From assembly GCA_041671225.1 (NCBI GenBank), contig JBAZBY010000001.1:30338-94337 (forward strand): 64,000 nucleotides of DNA, written 5' to 3'. How positions within the stretch are numbered: position 1 is the stretch's first letter; each line of letters opens with the position of its first letter. Positions 42,031-52,071 of this stretch are shown here, in pieces. The DNA is from Patescibacteria group bacterium. Lineage in GTDB: Bacteria; Patescibacteriota; Patescibacteriia; JBAZBY01. Both the position numbers and the translations under genes were made by a program. Under the pieces are notes generated by a model that saw only the letters and a list, made by a program, of their open reading frames with translations, was not told where the DNA came from and searched no databases.

Positions 42031-43683
42031 TTACATTTTTTTTGGCTTAGAAAGACCAAGAAGGTCTAAGATGCCTGTGAGTATTGTATCTGACATCTGG
42101 ACGATCTCCAAACGCCGTGGATCATACGAGACATCATTCTCAATGATGCGCTCGGTGTCATAAAAAAGATGGAATGCTTCAGCATATTCCAATGCAAAGT
42201 TTGCAAGACGATGCACTTCATAGGTGCGGCCCACGTCATCCAGTATTTCAGGAAATCGAAGAGAAAGCACAACGAGCCTGCGGGCGCGCTCAGAAAGCTC
42301 CCCCGGCTTCTGCTTTTTAAGCGGTGCGGCCTTACGTTTTGAAAGTGTTGCAAATGTAGAAAGCAAACTCTGCACGCGCGTGTATGCATATTGTAAATAA
42401 TACACCGGGTTCTCTTTGCTTTGTTTCTTTGCAAGATCAAGATCAAAATCCATGTGCCGGTCAGCGGTATACATAAGAAAAAAGAAACGCGCGGCATCGG
42501 GGCCAACTTCCTCCATAACTTCTTCCAATGTAATAAACGTTCCCTGACGCTTGGACATGCGCACTTCCTTGCCGTCCTGAAGAATCCGCACCAGCTGAAA
42601 AATCAATACATCAAGCGGTTGCGTGAGATCCAATGCCTGCCGGGCTGCCTGAAGCCGTGGAACAAACCCATGATGATCCGCGCCAAGTAAAAGAATTGCG
42701 CGGTCAAAGCGGCGGATCTTAAACTTCTCCCAGAGATACGCAATGTCCGCATAAAAATATGTGGTCGTACCATCGCTCTTCACAACAACACGATCTTTAT
42801 CATCGCCAAAGCGCGTGGTGCGAACCCAGGTTGCGCCGTCCTTCTCATACACCATACCATTCTCTCCAAGGCGCTTGAGCATCTTTTCAAGCAGATCGCG
42901 GTCATGTAATTCTGATTCAGAAAAATAACGATCGAACACGATGCCAACCATCTTCAATGAGTGTTTGATTCGCGTCATCATCTTACGCACTGCCCGTCCG
43001 CGAATTTTATTCCGCAGTCTTTTGGTGTCATCAAGGCGTTCATGGTCCAAATCCAAATCCTCTGCAAGCTCACGGATGTACTCTCCTTGATAGAGCTCAT
43101 CGGTAAAGGCAACCGGGATGCCGCGCTTCTCCAAATAGCGCCGGATAACCGACTCCGCCAGTGTATCAATTTGCTTTCCGGCATCATTGAAGTAATACTC
43201 GCGATGCACCTTTTTGCCGAGTGCAGTGAGCACGCGCGCAATCACATCACCCATAAATCCACCGCGACCATTTCCTGCGGTAAGCGGACCGGTAGGGTTC
43301 GCGGAAATATATTCAAGATGAACCCGCTCCGCGGGCTTTTCTTTCAATTCCCAAACTGCCTTTTTCTCCTTAATAGCCTTCTTGATAAAACGCGTCAGCC
43401 ATTCACGATCAAGTGAAACATTGATGTACCCCGGATGCACCACATCAACACGTGCAACAAATGCGCCAGGCTTGGGGCCGGCGGCCAATTTTTGCGCAAT
43501 GTCCATTGGACTCATTTTGAGAATGGGCGCGAGTTGCATTGCGATACTGAGGGCATACTCTCCATACCGCGAATCCGCAGGATACGAAACATCCGCCTTT
43601 GGAAGGTGTTCCGCATGCTCTGGAAAAAGCCGTCGCATGCGGGCGGTGAATTCTTCCTCAAGTCTATCGCGAAGTCGTTGCAT
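42031..43683 (-). CDS. argS: Arginine-tRNA ligase
   Basis: EYISANPTGPL, DDKDRV, GADHHG, MSKRQG, NPVYYLQYAY. Confidence 0.96.
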   Translation of the reverse strand: MQRLRDRLEEEFTARMRRLFPEHAEHLPKADVSYPADSRYGEYALSIAMQLAPILKMSPMDIAQKLAAGPKPGAFVARVDVVHPGYINVSLDREWLTRFIKKAIKEKKAVWELKEKPAERVHLEYISANPTGPLTAGNGRGGFMGDVIARVLTALGKKVHREYYFNDAGKQIDTLAESVIRRYLEKRGIPVAFTDELYQGEYIRELAEDLDLDHERLDDTKRLRNKIRGRAVRKMMTRIKHSLKMVGIVFDRYFSESELHDRDLLEKMLKRLGENGMVYEKDGATWVRTTRFGDDKDRVVVKSDGTTTYFYADIAYLWEKFKIRRFDRAILLLGADHHGFVPRLQAARQALDLTQPLDVLIFQLVRILQDGKEVRMSKRQGTFITLEEVMEEVGPDAARFFFLMYTADRHMDFDLDLAKKQSKENPVYYLQYAYTRVQSLLSTFATLSKRKAAPLKKQKPGELSERARRLVVLSLRFPEILDDVGRTYEVHRLANFALEYAEAFHLFYDTERIIENDVSYDPRRLEIVQMSDTILTGILDLLGLSKPKKM

Positions 43684-43742
43684 AAAAGCAGTATATCCTG
43701 CCCGCACTCGTCTCCACAAGCAAATCCTGCTAGGATTGCCTC

Positions 43743-44192
43743 ATGCCGAATCTCACCACAAACAAGCGTGTCCTCTTCGACTATACCGTTATTCAGAAGA
43801 TTGAGGCGGGTATCAAGCTCACAGGCGCAGAAGTGAAGTCAGCAAAGATGGGACAAATGAAACTCCAGGGTGCGTACGTCGCGATTCGTGATGAAAAACC
43901 CTGGCTTGTTGGTGCGCGTATTGCCCACTACCATAAAGCCTCACATGACCAGCAGCATTTTGACCCAGAACGTGATAGAATCCTTCTGCTCTCAAAAAAG
44001 GAAATTAGGCAACTTATCGGTAAAATAAGTGCTGAGGGCTTGACAATTATCCCTATTTCTGCTTATACTAAGGTAGGATTAATAAAGATCGAGCTTGGAC
44101 TCGCCCGCGGAAAACGCAAGGCAGACAAACGAGAATCAATTAAAAAGCGAGATGTTGAACGGCGCATTAAGCAGCGCCTACGGCAACACTAG
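43743..44192 (+). CDS. smpB: SsrA-binding protein
   Basis: NKR...EAGIKLTGAEVKS, LLLSKKEI, DKRESIK. Confidence 0.97.
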   Translation: MPNLTTNKRVLFDYTVIQKIEAGIKLTGAEVKSAKMGQMKLQGAYVAIRDEKPWLVGARIAHYHKASHDQQHFDPERDRILLLSKKEIRQLIGKISAEGLTIIPISAYTKVGLIKIELGLARGKRKADKRESIKKRDVERRIKQRLRQH

Positions 44193-44294
44193 GTGGACAA
44201 CCGCCCAGCACCTTCTACAAGAATCATTCTGCATATAGTCGCAAACAGCTGATCATCGGAAGATCATCAGAGCAGAGTAGAATGAAGGTGCCGG

Positions 44295-44691
44295 GGGGAT
44301 GTTCAAAAGTCGCAAGTTCATTACAAGACGTTAGCGCGAATCGGAGGTGCTTTATACTCCGTAACCCATAAAGCAAACAGAAGTGCAAACTTCATTACAA
44401 AGGTGAAGAATACTGTCGCGAATGCTTTCAGCGTTCCACAGCTCTCACCTATTGCTGTCGCCTAAACGCGATAGCCATCCGCTTCAGGATTCCTGATACT
44501 GAAATCCGGGTGCCATTCATCAGGATCGGTAGTCGGTTGTCTCGACTGAGTACCTAAAATTCCGAGACGATGTGAGAAGGGGCTTTTGGTTGTTTCTTAC
44601 CTTTCTCACTTACTTTTAAAACAGCCTACATTCGTAGATGCAGACGTCCGAAATGAGTTTCACGCGGGTGAAAGACCCGCCATCTCCACCA
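44295..44691 (+). ncRNA. ssrA: tmRNA
   Basis: GGGGATG/CATCTCC-ACCA acceptor stem with G3.U; pk1 (ggag/ctcc, tgctttat/ataaagca); tag ORF 44385-44465 ending AVA*; next to smpB. Confidence 0.92.
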
Positions 44692-44785
44692 GTCTTCGCC
44701 CGCTAGGGCGAAGACTGTCCGTCGAAACTTCGAGCATTGCGAGGAGTGAGGGCGGACACATCAGGCTACGACTGGCACAGCCAGT
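44692..44785. repeat. Palindromic element cluster directly after tmRNA
   Basis: gtcttcgccc-gcta-gggcgaagac perfect 10-bp stem, then tgtccgtc...gggcggaca. Confidence 0.6.
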
Positions 44786-44810
44786 TCTCAAGATTATTAT
44801 TGTCACGACA

Positions 44811-45362
44811 ATTCGTAGATCACCGAACCGCCAGAGGCAGGCATTCAAACCCACGCAACCACAGCATCGGCTGAATGACGCTATCCGCGCACCTGAAGTC
44901 CGTGTCCAGGACAATCAAGGTGAACAACTTGGAATCATGCCAATCGCAGAAGCCCTGCGCATAGCGCAAGAGCAGGGTTTTGATTTGATTGAGATTGCTC
45001 CACAGGCACAGCCCCCTGTGGTGCGTATTGCTGATTACGGTGCCTGGAAGTTCCGTCAAGAAAAGATGGAGCGAAAACAGAAGGCCCACCAAAAAAAGTC
45101 AGAAGTAAAGGGAATTCGCCTTTCTTTCACTATTGGAGAGCATGATTTGGAGGTTCGAAGAAGCCAGGCCTTGAAATTTCTTGAACAAGGAGATAAAGTG
45201 AAGCCCGAAATTATCTTGCGCGGACGGCAGATTATCCACCAAGATAAGGCGCGAGGCTACCTCATCGCCTTTGCAAAGGATCTCGGAGAGGGCGTCTTTA
45301 TTGAACAGCCCATCAGCAGGCAGGGTAAAAAATTCTTTATGGTTATCGCTAAGAAAAAATAA
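44811..45362 (+). CDS. infC: Translation initiation factor IF-3, non-canonical ATT start (exact ATT uncertain: 44793-44811)
   Basis: NDAIRAPEVRV, DLIEIAPQAQPPVVRIADYG, KGIRL; only in-frame ATT codons precede the conserved domain. Confidence 0.93.
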   Translation: MRRSPNRQRQAFKPTQPQHRLNDAIRAPEVRVQDNQGEQLGIMPIAEALRIAQEQGFDLIEIAPQAQPPVVRIADYGAWKFRQEKMERKQKAHQKKSEVKGIRLSFTIGEHDLEVRRSQALKFLEQGDKVKPEIILRGRQIIHQDKARGYLIAFAKDLGEGVFIEQPISRQGKKFFMVIAKKK

Positions 45363-45562
45363 TGGCAAAACTCAAGACACGAAAGGCAATATCAAAGCGC
45401 GTCAAAGTCACCGGCACAAAGAAGCTCCGCACCCGCCACGGCGGTCAGGATCACTTTAATGCTCGTCAGACGGGTAAGATGAAACGCAATAAGCGTATGA
45501 ATAATACTATCCATAAGACGCTTCGAAAATCAGTAAAACGGCAGTTGCCGTATAACAACTAA
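45362..45562 (+). CDS. rpmI: 50S ribosomal protein L35
   Basis: MAKLKTRKAISKRVKVTGT; infC-rpmI-rplT order. Confidence 0.95.
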   Translation: MAKLKTRKAISKRVKVTGTKKLRTRHGGQDHFNARQTGKMKRNKRMNNTIHKTLRKSVKRQLPYNN

Positions 45563-45566
45563 CGAT

Positions 45567-45908
45567 ATGCGCGTTAAACGAGGTACGAGTCATGTAAAGC
45601 GACGTCGAAATCTCCTGAAGAAGGCGAAAGGTTTTAGTTGGGGTCGCAAAAGTCACATCAAGAAGGCAAAGACCGCCGTTACAAAAGCAGGCGTTCATGC
45701 CTATCGCGACCGCCGACGCAAAAAGCGCGAGAAGCGTGCGCTCTGGCAGATTCGCTTGAATGCAGCCGCGCGTCAGGAAGGCATGACCTACTCACAGTTC
45801 ATCCACGCACTTAAAATCAAAGAGATCGCGCTCAATCGGAAGGTTCTCTCTGAGATCGCAATGGACGAACCAGCGGTATTCGCTGAGATCGTCAAAAAAG
45901 TCAAATAA
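45567..45908 (+). CDS. rplT: 50S ribosomal protein L20
   Basis: MRVKRG, AYRDRR, LWQIRLNAA, LNRKVLSEIA. Confidence 0.97.
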   Translation: MRVKRGTSHVKRRRNLLKKAKGFSWGRKSHIKKAKTAVTKAGVHAYRDRRRKKREKRALWQIRLNAAARQEGMTYSQFIHALKIKEIALNRKVLSEIAMDEPAVFAEIVKKVK

Positions 45909-45917
45909 ATTTTCTAC

Positions 45918-45948
45918 AAAAAAGACCCCCCGCGTTCCGGGGGGTTTT
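45918..45948. terminator. Bidirectional intrinsic terminator
   Basis: A-run, C6/G6 stem, T-run between convergent genes. Confidence 0.8.
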
Positions 45949-45959
45949 TGGTATCTTAT

Positions 45960-46319
45960 TTATTCCTGCCAGGGAGATTTTTCTGTACGGCCGGCAAGAA
46001 ATGTTCCAAGAAGCACGCCGAGGGTATCAATCCCCAGATCAACAAAATTACCATTGCGACCTTGTACAAATGATTGATGCCACTCATCACTTGCCGCATA
46101 AAGAATACCAATCACGAGCGTTGGCCAAAGCTTATTACGAAATCCAAGTGCCTTATGAATCAGCAACGCAAGAATAACAAACTCCATAATATGCGCTCCC
46201 TTGCGCAAGATAAGATCCGCGGTTGAGGAGAGATCCGTCGCAAGATCAGGAAAGCTCGATAGCAAAAAAATCACACTGGCCCAGAGAAGTGCTGCAATGC
46301 TATAAAATAATCGAGACAT
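45960..46319 (-). CDS. VanZ family membrane protein
   Basis: IFLLSS, RKGAHIMEF, YAASDEWHQSFVQGR. Confidence 0.9.
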   Translation of the reverse strand: MSRLFYSIAALLWASVIFLLSSFPDLATDLSSTADLILRKGAHIMEFVILALLIHKALGFRNKLWPTLVIGILYAASDEWHQSFVQGRNGNFVDLGIDTLGVLLGTFLAGRTEKSPWQE

Positions 46320-46326
46320 AATATAC

Positions 46327-46404
46327 TGGCGGACCCGACCGGATTCGAACCGGCGATCTCCTCCGTGACAGGGAGGCGTGTTAACCAGGCTACACCACAG
46401 GTCC
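46327..46404 (-). tRNA. tRNA-Asp(GTC)
   Basis: Cloverleaf GGACCTG...CCTCC-CTGTCAC-GGAGG...TTCGAAT...CGGGTCC-GCCA. Confidence 0.97.
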
Positions 46405-46609
46405 ACGTTTGCTTACTAAAAATGCAGAGCGCAGCATAGCATGCGAAACGAAGTCTGTCCAGAGAAGTCAAAATAAGCATATATGCATCCGTTCCCGTGG
46501 CCGGCCAATCCTGACACACAAAGATTGCCGCTGATTCTATAAAGTGTAAGCTTGCTGTGAAAACAGAAATCGCCCTTTGACATGCCTGGTAACAACTAAC
46601 CCAAATCAT

Positions 46610-46792
46610 ATGAACATCGCGCCACAATATAGCGAGGTGCTCAACTTCTTGCTCGATCACGGGCCACTCATCTTCGGGGCTTTCCTCGTACTCTCGGCCA
46701 CTGACGGCAAGCGGTTCGGACCAGTCCGATTTCTTGCACTCGTAGTAGGGTTAGCACTTGTTGTATCAGGTATGTCCGAATTTGTTGGCTAA
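46610..46792 (+). CDS. Small two-TM hypothetical protein
   Basis: 60 aa with two hydrophobic segments in an otherwise empty gap. Confidence 0.5.
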   Translation: MNIAPQYSEVLNFLLDHGPLIFGAFLVLSATDGKRFGPVRFLALVVGLALVVSGMSEFVG

Positions 46793-46857
46793 GTGACAAA
46801 CGTCGCTTGCCAACACACCCTACTTAAAAGGAACCGCCCTCGGGTTCCTTTTCGCTT

Positions 46858-49800
46858 TTACTGTATCACAATCCCGCTCGCAGAGAATGGAATGACATTT
46901 GCAATGCCAGAGAGCGGGCCGGTGACGATGTCATCCACGCCATCACCATTCACATCACCAGAAGCCACGCTTGTGCCATACCGCGTGGTTTTGCCGTAGG
47001 CAAAGAACTGCGCGTCAACATTCCCAAATGCATCAAGTGAGCGTACATGCGGACCGCCAACCGCCGCCGGTACGACAATAATCTCATCAAAACCGTCCGC
47101 ATCCACGTCCCCTGCTGCCACAGAGAGCCCAATGCGGAACTCCTTGGGGTAAGCGAAGAACTGGCCTTCCAAGGTGCCACGCCCGTCAAAAATGCGTACA
47201 TGCGGACCGCCAACATTCAAGGGAACAATGATGATCTTATCCCGATTCGTGTCATCAATATGCCCCACCGCAACAGAAAGCCCGAGCCGATACCAAGCGG
47301 GATATGCAAAGAATTGCCCGAGTACATTCCCATTGCCGTCGAAGACGCGCACTTGCGGACCTCCGCGCTCACGGGGCGTCACGACAATCTCGTCTTTGCC
47401 ATCGCCATCCACATCGCCGGCGGCAACCGACGCCCCAACGCGAATATTTGATGCGAACGCGTAGAATTCACGCTGAAGATTTCCGCGAGAATCAAAGATA
47501 CGAATAAGCGGATAGTTCCCCACTTCCGTTCCGGTGATGATTTCAGCAATACCATCACCATCAATATCGCCAGCCGCGATGGTTGTTCCACCCCGGTACG
47601 TTGAATCATATGCAAAAAATTGACCCTTCACGCTTCCCTCTTTTGAAAACACGCGAACCTGCGGGCCACCAGAACCTTTTGGCACAGTAATAAGATCATC
47701 AATGCCATCGCCGTCGACATCACCAACGGCAACATTCACACCACCCTGAAAAAAAGTGGGGTACGAAAGAAAACCATCGACCACATCAAGGGTAAAGGTT
47801 CGTGTTGGTATGCTTCCGTCTGCCTCCTGCAGCGTAAACGAAACAGGAAAGATATCTGTCTGCCCGTCCACATTTGTTACCTTCACGTCATACCACCCTG
47901 TTGGCATCTGCGCGATAGGGATCACAATCGTCGCACTGGTATCGCTCTTGATATACACCGTTGCCGGGTACGGGCCGAACTGGGCCTGCATCCCATGACG
48001 AAAGCCAGTGCCACTCATATCCAAATAGGCCTCCGAAGCGGTATGACTTGCCTTCTTGATAGTATTTGGCCCAATGCCGCTCACTTCTGGTGCGTCTTCT
48101 GCAAACGGTGCAGGACCAGTGATATCCACGCGACGAATAAGATCGCTCCATTGATCTGCAACATAAAGCGTGCGGCCAGTGTGGTCTACTGCCAGTCCAG
48201 AAAGATTATTGAACTCCGCCGTACTCGGGGCGCCGTTCTCAAAACCACGCACACCCTCACCGCTGATCAGCTTAGAAACATTTGCCGTCAAATCATACAG
48301 CCGGATACGATGCGAACCATTGTCAGTGATATAAAGGATATTGTCATCAAACTCCACATAGAGTGGAAAGGAAAAAACGGCATTGTCGCGTACGCCCTCT
48401 AAATAACCTGCACTACCACGGCCTGCAATGGTGACAACGTCCTGCGTGGCGATCTCAATACGACGAATGGTGTGATTATTGCGATCAGCAACGTAGAGAT
48501 AGTTCCCGTTACGGTCGATGGTGATGCCCCACGGCGCATTAAACTTTGCATTGCTGCCCGTGGCATCCGCATTCCCCTTGCTTCCGCCTGCAACAAGTGT
48601 CGTTACGCCGGTGGAGATGCGAATCTTACGAATGCGATTGTTTGACGTGTCCGTAATATACAACCACGCATCATCTGGGCTAATGGCGATATCCGTAGGA
48701 TTATCAAAACGCGCCGCTGAACCCGTACCCTCTGCATACCCATTCCCCGGACCACCGGTGTTGAAATCCCCACCTCCTGCCACAAGCGAGGTCATCTTAC
48801 TCGCAATGTTTACCTTACGGATGCGATTATTCCAATGGTCAACCACATAAAGATTCTCCCCCGCTGAATCAATCGTGATACCGGATATATTTGAAAAACG
48901 GGCATCCTCGCCAGAGAATCCCTCGCCAATATAATCATCAATACTGCTGCCAACAATCCAGCTCCCATCAACGCTTCCTGTTGCGCGCGTCATCCGACGA
49001 ATTTTATTATTTTCAGCAAGATAGATATACGTCCGATCCGGGCTTATCACCATATCATGTGGCCGACCAAGAAGCGCACCGGTTCCTGTGCCGCTCGTAA
49101 ATCCAAAACGATCGTTGCCGGCAAAACGAACATCATCACCATCTGACGTTGCAAACTGCACAACCGTTGAGAGCCCTGCCATGGCAACGTAAAGCTTATT
49201 ATTATATGCAGCAATGCCTGCAGGATAATTCACAACCCTCATTCTTGCATCACTCACAAAAAGCTCCGTTGCACCGGTGCTTGTATTCACTTTACGGATA
49301 TAATCCGTGAGTCCATTACCATCACTCACATAAAGCGTACTCCCAACCTTCGCAATACCCCAGAGATTTTGAAACCGTGCCGTGCTCGCAGCGCCTTCTT
49401 TGTATCCCTTCGTGCCAGAACCAGAAAGCGTGCTCTTGATACCGCTCCGACGATCAACCTTCATGACCTTGTAGAGTCCTGCATCCGCAACATAAATAGT
49501 CACGTCAGTCACAACGAGCTTCTTTGGTTCACTAAGCCCTGTTGTGAGCGTTGTGACGGAACCACCATTCGTGCTGACGAAAAGTATCTTCCCGCTGCCG
49601 GTCTCCGCGATATACAGCGTCGTGTTGTAGACAGCAAGCCCCTCCGGCCCAGAAAGATTTGAAAGGAGCGTTGAAACAGAACCGCTTGGCGTGATCTTCC
49701 GGATGGCATTGTTGCCGGTATCCGCAACATAGATGTTGCCGGAGCTATCGCGGGCGATGCCGCGTGGCAAACCAAACTCCGCGCTGTCTGCCGCGCCGTT

Positions 49801-50100
49801 GCGCTCACCAAACGCGCCCGTGCCGGCATACGTGGAAATCTTTCCATTTGTCCCAACTTTACGAATAACATTATTGTAGGTATCTGCGATGTAAAAATTG
49901 CCACTGCCGTCAGAAAGCACGTCCTCAGAAAAATCCAAAAGCGCAGACGTTGCCGCCTGCCCGTCGCCGCTATATATTTTTCCAACATAGGTCTCAGCTT
50001 CACCATATGCATGCGCTGTTCCCCCAAAAACAAAAAATGCCATGAAAGTGATGGCTATGATAGGAATGATGCGCTGCGATTGAGTGAAATACACCCCCAT
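46858..50100 (-). CDS. Secreted/surface protein: NHL repeats, IPT/TIG-like domain, FG-GAP/VCBS repeats
   Basis: Signal peptide ending AHA; many YIADTxNNxIRK units; six GDVDGDG-type repeats at the C-terminus. Confidence 0.9.
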   Translation of the reverse strand: MGVYFTQSQRIIPIIAITFMAFFVFGGTAHAYGEAETYVGKIYSGDGQAATSALLDFSEDVLSDGSGNFYIADTYNNVIRKVGTNGKISTYAGTGAFGERNGAADSAEFGLPRGIARDSSGNIYVADTGNNAIRKITPSGSVSTLLSNLSGPEGLAVYNTTLYIAETGSGKILFVSTNGGSVTTLTTGLSEPKKLVVTDVTIYVADAGLYKVMKVDRRSGIKSTLSGSGTKGYKEGAASTARFQNLWGIAKVGSTLYVSDGNGLTDYIRKVNTSTGATELFVSDARMRVVNYPAGIAAYNNKLYVAMAGLSTVVQFATSDGDDVRFAGNDRFGFTSGTGTGALLGRPHDMVISPDRTYIYLAENNKIRRMTRATGSVDGSWIVGSSIDDYIGEGFSGEDARFSNISGITIDSAGENLYVVDHWNNRIRKVNIASKMTSLVAGGGDFNTGGPGNGYAEGTGSAARFDNPTDIAISPDDAWLYITDTSNNRIRKIRISTGVTTLVAGGSKGNADATGSNAKFNAPWGITIDRNGNYLYVADRNNHTIRRIEIATQDVVTIAGRGSAGYLEGVRDNAVFSFPLYVEFDDNILYITDNGSHRIRLYDLTANVSKLISGEGVRGFENGAPSTAEFNNLSGLAVDHTGRTLYVADQWSDLIRRVDITGPAPFAEDAPEVSGIGPNTIKKASHTASEAYLDMSGTGFRHGMQAQFGPYPATVYIKSDTSATIVIPIAQMPTGWYDVKVTNVDGQTDIFPVSFTLQEADGSIPTRTFTLDVVDGFLSYPTFFQGGVNVAVGDVDGDGIDDLITVPKGSGGPQVRVFSKEGSVKGQFFAYDSTYRGGTTIAAGDIDGDGIAEIITGTEVGNYPLIRIFDSRGNLQREFYAFASNIRVGASVAAGDVDGDGKDEIVVTPRERGGPQVRVFDGNGNVLGQFFAYPAWYRLGLSVAVGHIDDTNRDKIIIVPLNVGGPHVRIFDGRGTLEGQFFAYPKEFRIGLSVAAGDVDADGFDEIIVVPAAVGGPHVRSLDAFGNVDAQFFAYGKTTRYGTSVASGDVNGDGVDDIVTGPLSGIANVIPFSASGIVIQ

Positions 50101-50140
50101 TGCCATTACACTATAGCGCATTCTGAGACATTTTTCAAGC

Positions 50141-50184
50141 AAAAAAAATCGGGAGGACATTCGCTTAGCAGCGAAGCCTCCCGA
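50141..50184 (-). terminator. Intrinsic terminator
   Basis: tcgggagg...cctcccga stem with A8 on the plus strand. Confidence 0.75.
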
Positions 50185-50211
50185 GTTCAAGAATGATCTT
50201 ACGGAACCTCC

Positions 50212-50922
50212 TCATGACGTTCGCCGTGCGTAGATGCGCAACGTCCCTTTATGCCCCCCTTGGTTCGAGATCGTCCGGCCATTGAAGATGCGGCCGGCGG
50301 ACCAGTCTATCTTCATATCCTGGTCGTAGTTGGGTCCCATCATGACAGGACCCGACGCGGTTGCGATGCACCTCCCTTTTTCCCCTCTCACAGGAGAGGC
50401 GGTTTTGTTCCAGGGCTTCCCCGGTTGCTTGATGCTGAGCATCAAGAAACCGCGAGCCTCGCCTGGGTCAGGGTACCACTCGTTGCGGTACGACCCCTCC
50501 GAGTTGGGCATGAACGCCCGCGGGTCACTGGGATCGGTGGTCGGCGTGGTAGGCCAGAACATCCACCCGGCGTATCCGGGCTTTTTGAGCTGCCAGCTCT
50601 TTGCGACCTGGTGAGCCTCCCAGGGCAAGCAGAAGCCCCTATTGCCCACCCACTCGGCGACCCATCCTATCTCGATGTGTGGATACGACTGCACCCACGG
50701 TAGATCCCCGTAGTAGACCACGGGGACATCGTACTCAACCTCATCGAAGAGCACGAAGTTCGCTGCGAACAGTGAATCTGATCCCTCGAAGGACACAAAC
50801 CCGGGTTCAGTGATCTCGGCCGTTCCCCTTGCGAAGAACAAGATGGCCAAGACCGTGAGCGTGATCACCCCAAAGGCGGCTGCCTTTGGGTATCTGACGA
50901 AGAGGCGCTCTCCTTTCTTCAT
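50212..50922 (-). CDS. Hypothetical membrane-anchored W/P/G-rich protein
   Basis: ATG 50922 after GGAAGGGG; N-terminal TM; terminator downstream. Confidence 0.6.
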   Translation of the reverse strand: MKKGERLFVRYPKAAAFGVITLTVLAILFFARGTAEITEPGFVSFEGSDSLFAANFVLFDEVEYDVPVVYYGDLPWVQSYPHIEIGWVAEWVGNRGFCLPWEAHQVAKSWQLKKPGYAGWMFWPTTPTTDPSDPRAFMPNSEGSYRNEWYPDPGEARGFLMLSIKQPGKPWNKTASPVRGEKGRCIATASGPVMMGPNYDQDMKIDWSAGRIFNGRTISNQGGHKGTLRIYARRTS

Positions 50923-50935
50923 TTTGCGCCCCTTC

Positions 50936-52036
50936 CTATGCTGCATGCTGCAGGACAAAGTGCCAGAGGCCGCTGCCCAACACGACCACCACGACCACCG
51001 CAGCGAGAAGCCGCAGTGGGTCCTTTGGGTTCTTCTGCGCGATGGCAATGCCTATCGCCAGAATGCCAACCGAGGCCGCCCCCACAAACGCGTTGAAGGG
51101 ATTGGCCGGGTTGGGGGCTGTGGGTGCAGTGATGGTAGTACCGGTATGAAGCGCTGCATCCGTACCAGACGCAACCACTCCAGACGCGATGAGAAAAAGC
51201 AGGACGATGATCGCCGTGCAGATTCCCAGGCTGATGAGTGCAGCCCGGCGCGCGAACTGAAGGGTAAGTGCCCCCATCTTCTTGAAGGAGAGTGCTCCCG
51301 CAATGAATGAGACCCACCAAACGGTTCGCACGATCAGGTAGATCAATCCGAGGCCTGGCATCTTGAGCAGGGCGTTGTTCAACACCCAGAATTGCCCAGA
51401 TGCTTCCGCGCTTGCCCGGAGGTCTTCAGACGCACCCATCGCCCCTACCTCATGCATGTAGGGATTGACGAGTTTGATCGTGAAGACGATCCCAGCAACT
51501 ATCATGAGCCAGGCCATGATCTTGTACGGAACCTCGCTCGTCCAGCCTCGCAAGTAGCCGATGCCAAAACCTCCGCAGAAAGCGAGGATCGCGAACCAGA
51601 AGGCCACAGAGTTGTTCTCCGCGTTGAACAGATGGCTGATCACGTGAAAGAACAACATACCCGTCACGAACGCGACGACCAGCCGGATCACCTTATCTGC
51701 CACGTTCCTGGCATCTTCCGGAACCTTGTCCCGTAGGATGCCGTTCGCGAAATCCATGCCCTTGGCAAAGGGGATGCAGATCGCCAAAGCCAGAATGGCC
51801 AAGACAAAATGCACGCCCACGAGGCCGAGGGAGAGATTCTGCAGGCCATGGTTCACCGTGTAGAGGTTCACCATGGCGTCGATCATGAGAAGCGCGAACA
51901 CGACGAAGAGCAGCCTGCCGCTCATCACCGTTCGGACGCCGTCGTAGAGCCACATAAACATGGCCTCTACGGCATCCCAGAGAATTTTCGTTACCGTAGC
52001 GCGGTCTTCGGTAACCGCAGCGTTCTCTTCTGTCAT
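50936..52036 (-). CDS. Hypothetical polytopic membrane protein
   Basis: 366 aa, about 9-10 hydrophobic segments; SD AAAGGA. Confidence 0.75.
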   Translation of the reverse strand: MTEENAAVTEDRATVTKILWDAVEAMFMWLYDGVRTVMSGRLLFVVFALLMIDAMVNLYTVNHGLQNLSLGLVGVHFVLAILALAICIPFAKGMDFANGILRDKVPEDARNVADKVIRLVVAFVTGMLFFHVISHLFNAENNSVAFWFAILAFCGGFGIGYLRGWTSEVPYKIMAWLMIVAGIVFTIKLVNPYMHEVGAMGASEDLRASAEASGQFWVLNNALLKMPGLGLIYLIVRTVWWVSFIAGALSFKKMGALTLQFARRAALISLGICTAIIVLLFLIASGVVASGTDAALHTGTTITAPTAPNPANPFNAFVGAASVGILAIGIAIAQKNPKDPLRLLAAVVVVVVLGSGLWHFVLQHAA

Positions 52037-52071
52037 TGGACGTTCCTTTCTTGCCCACCAACGGTGGGACG

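Noticed and set aside
44586-44792. N-terminal extension of IF3; likewise the VanZ ORF extension to 46406
   Set aside because: These overlap tmRNA and tRNA-Asp respectively.
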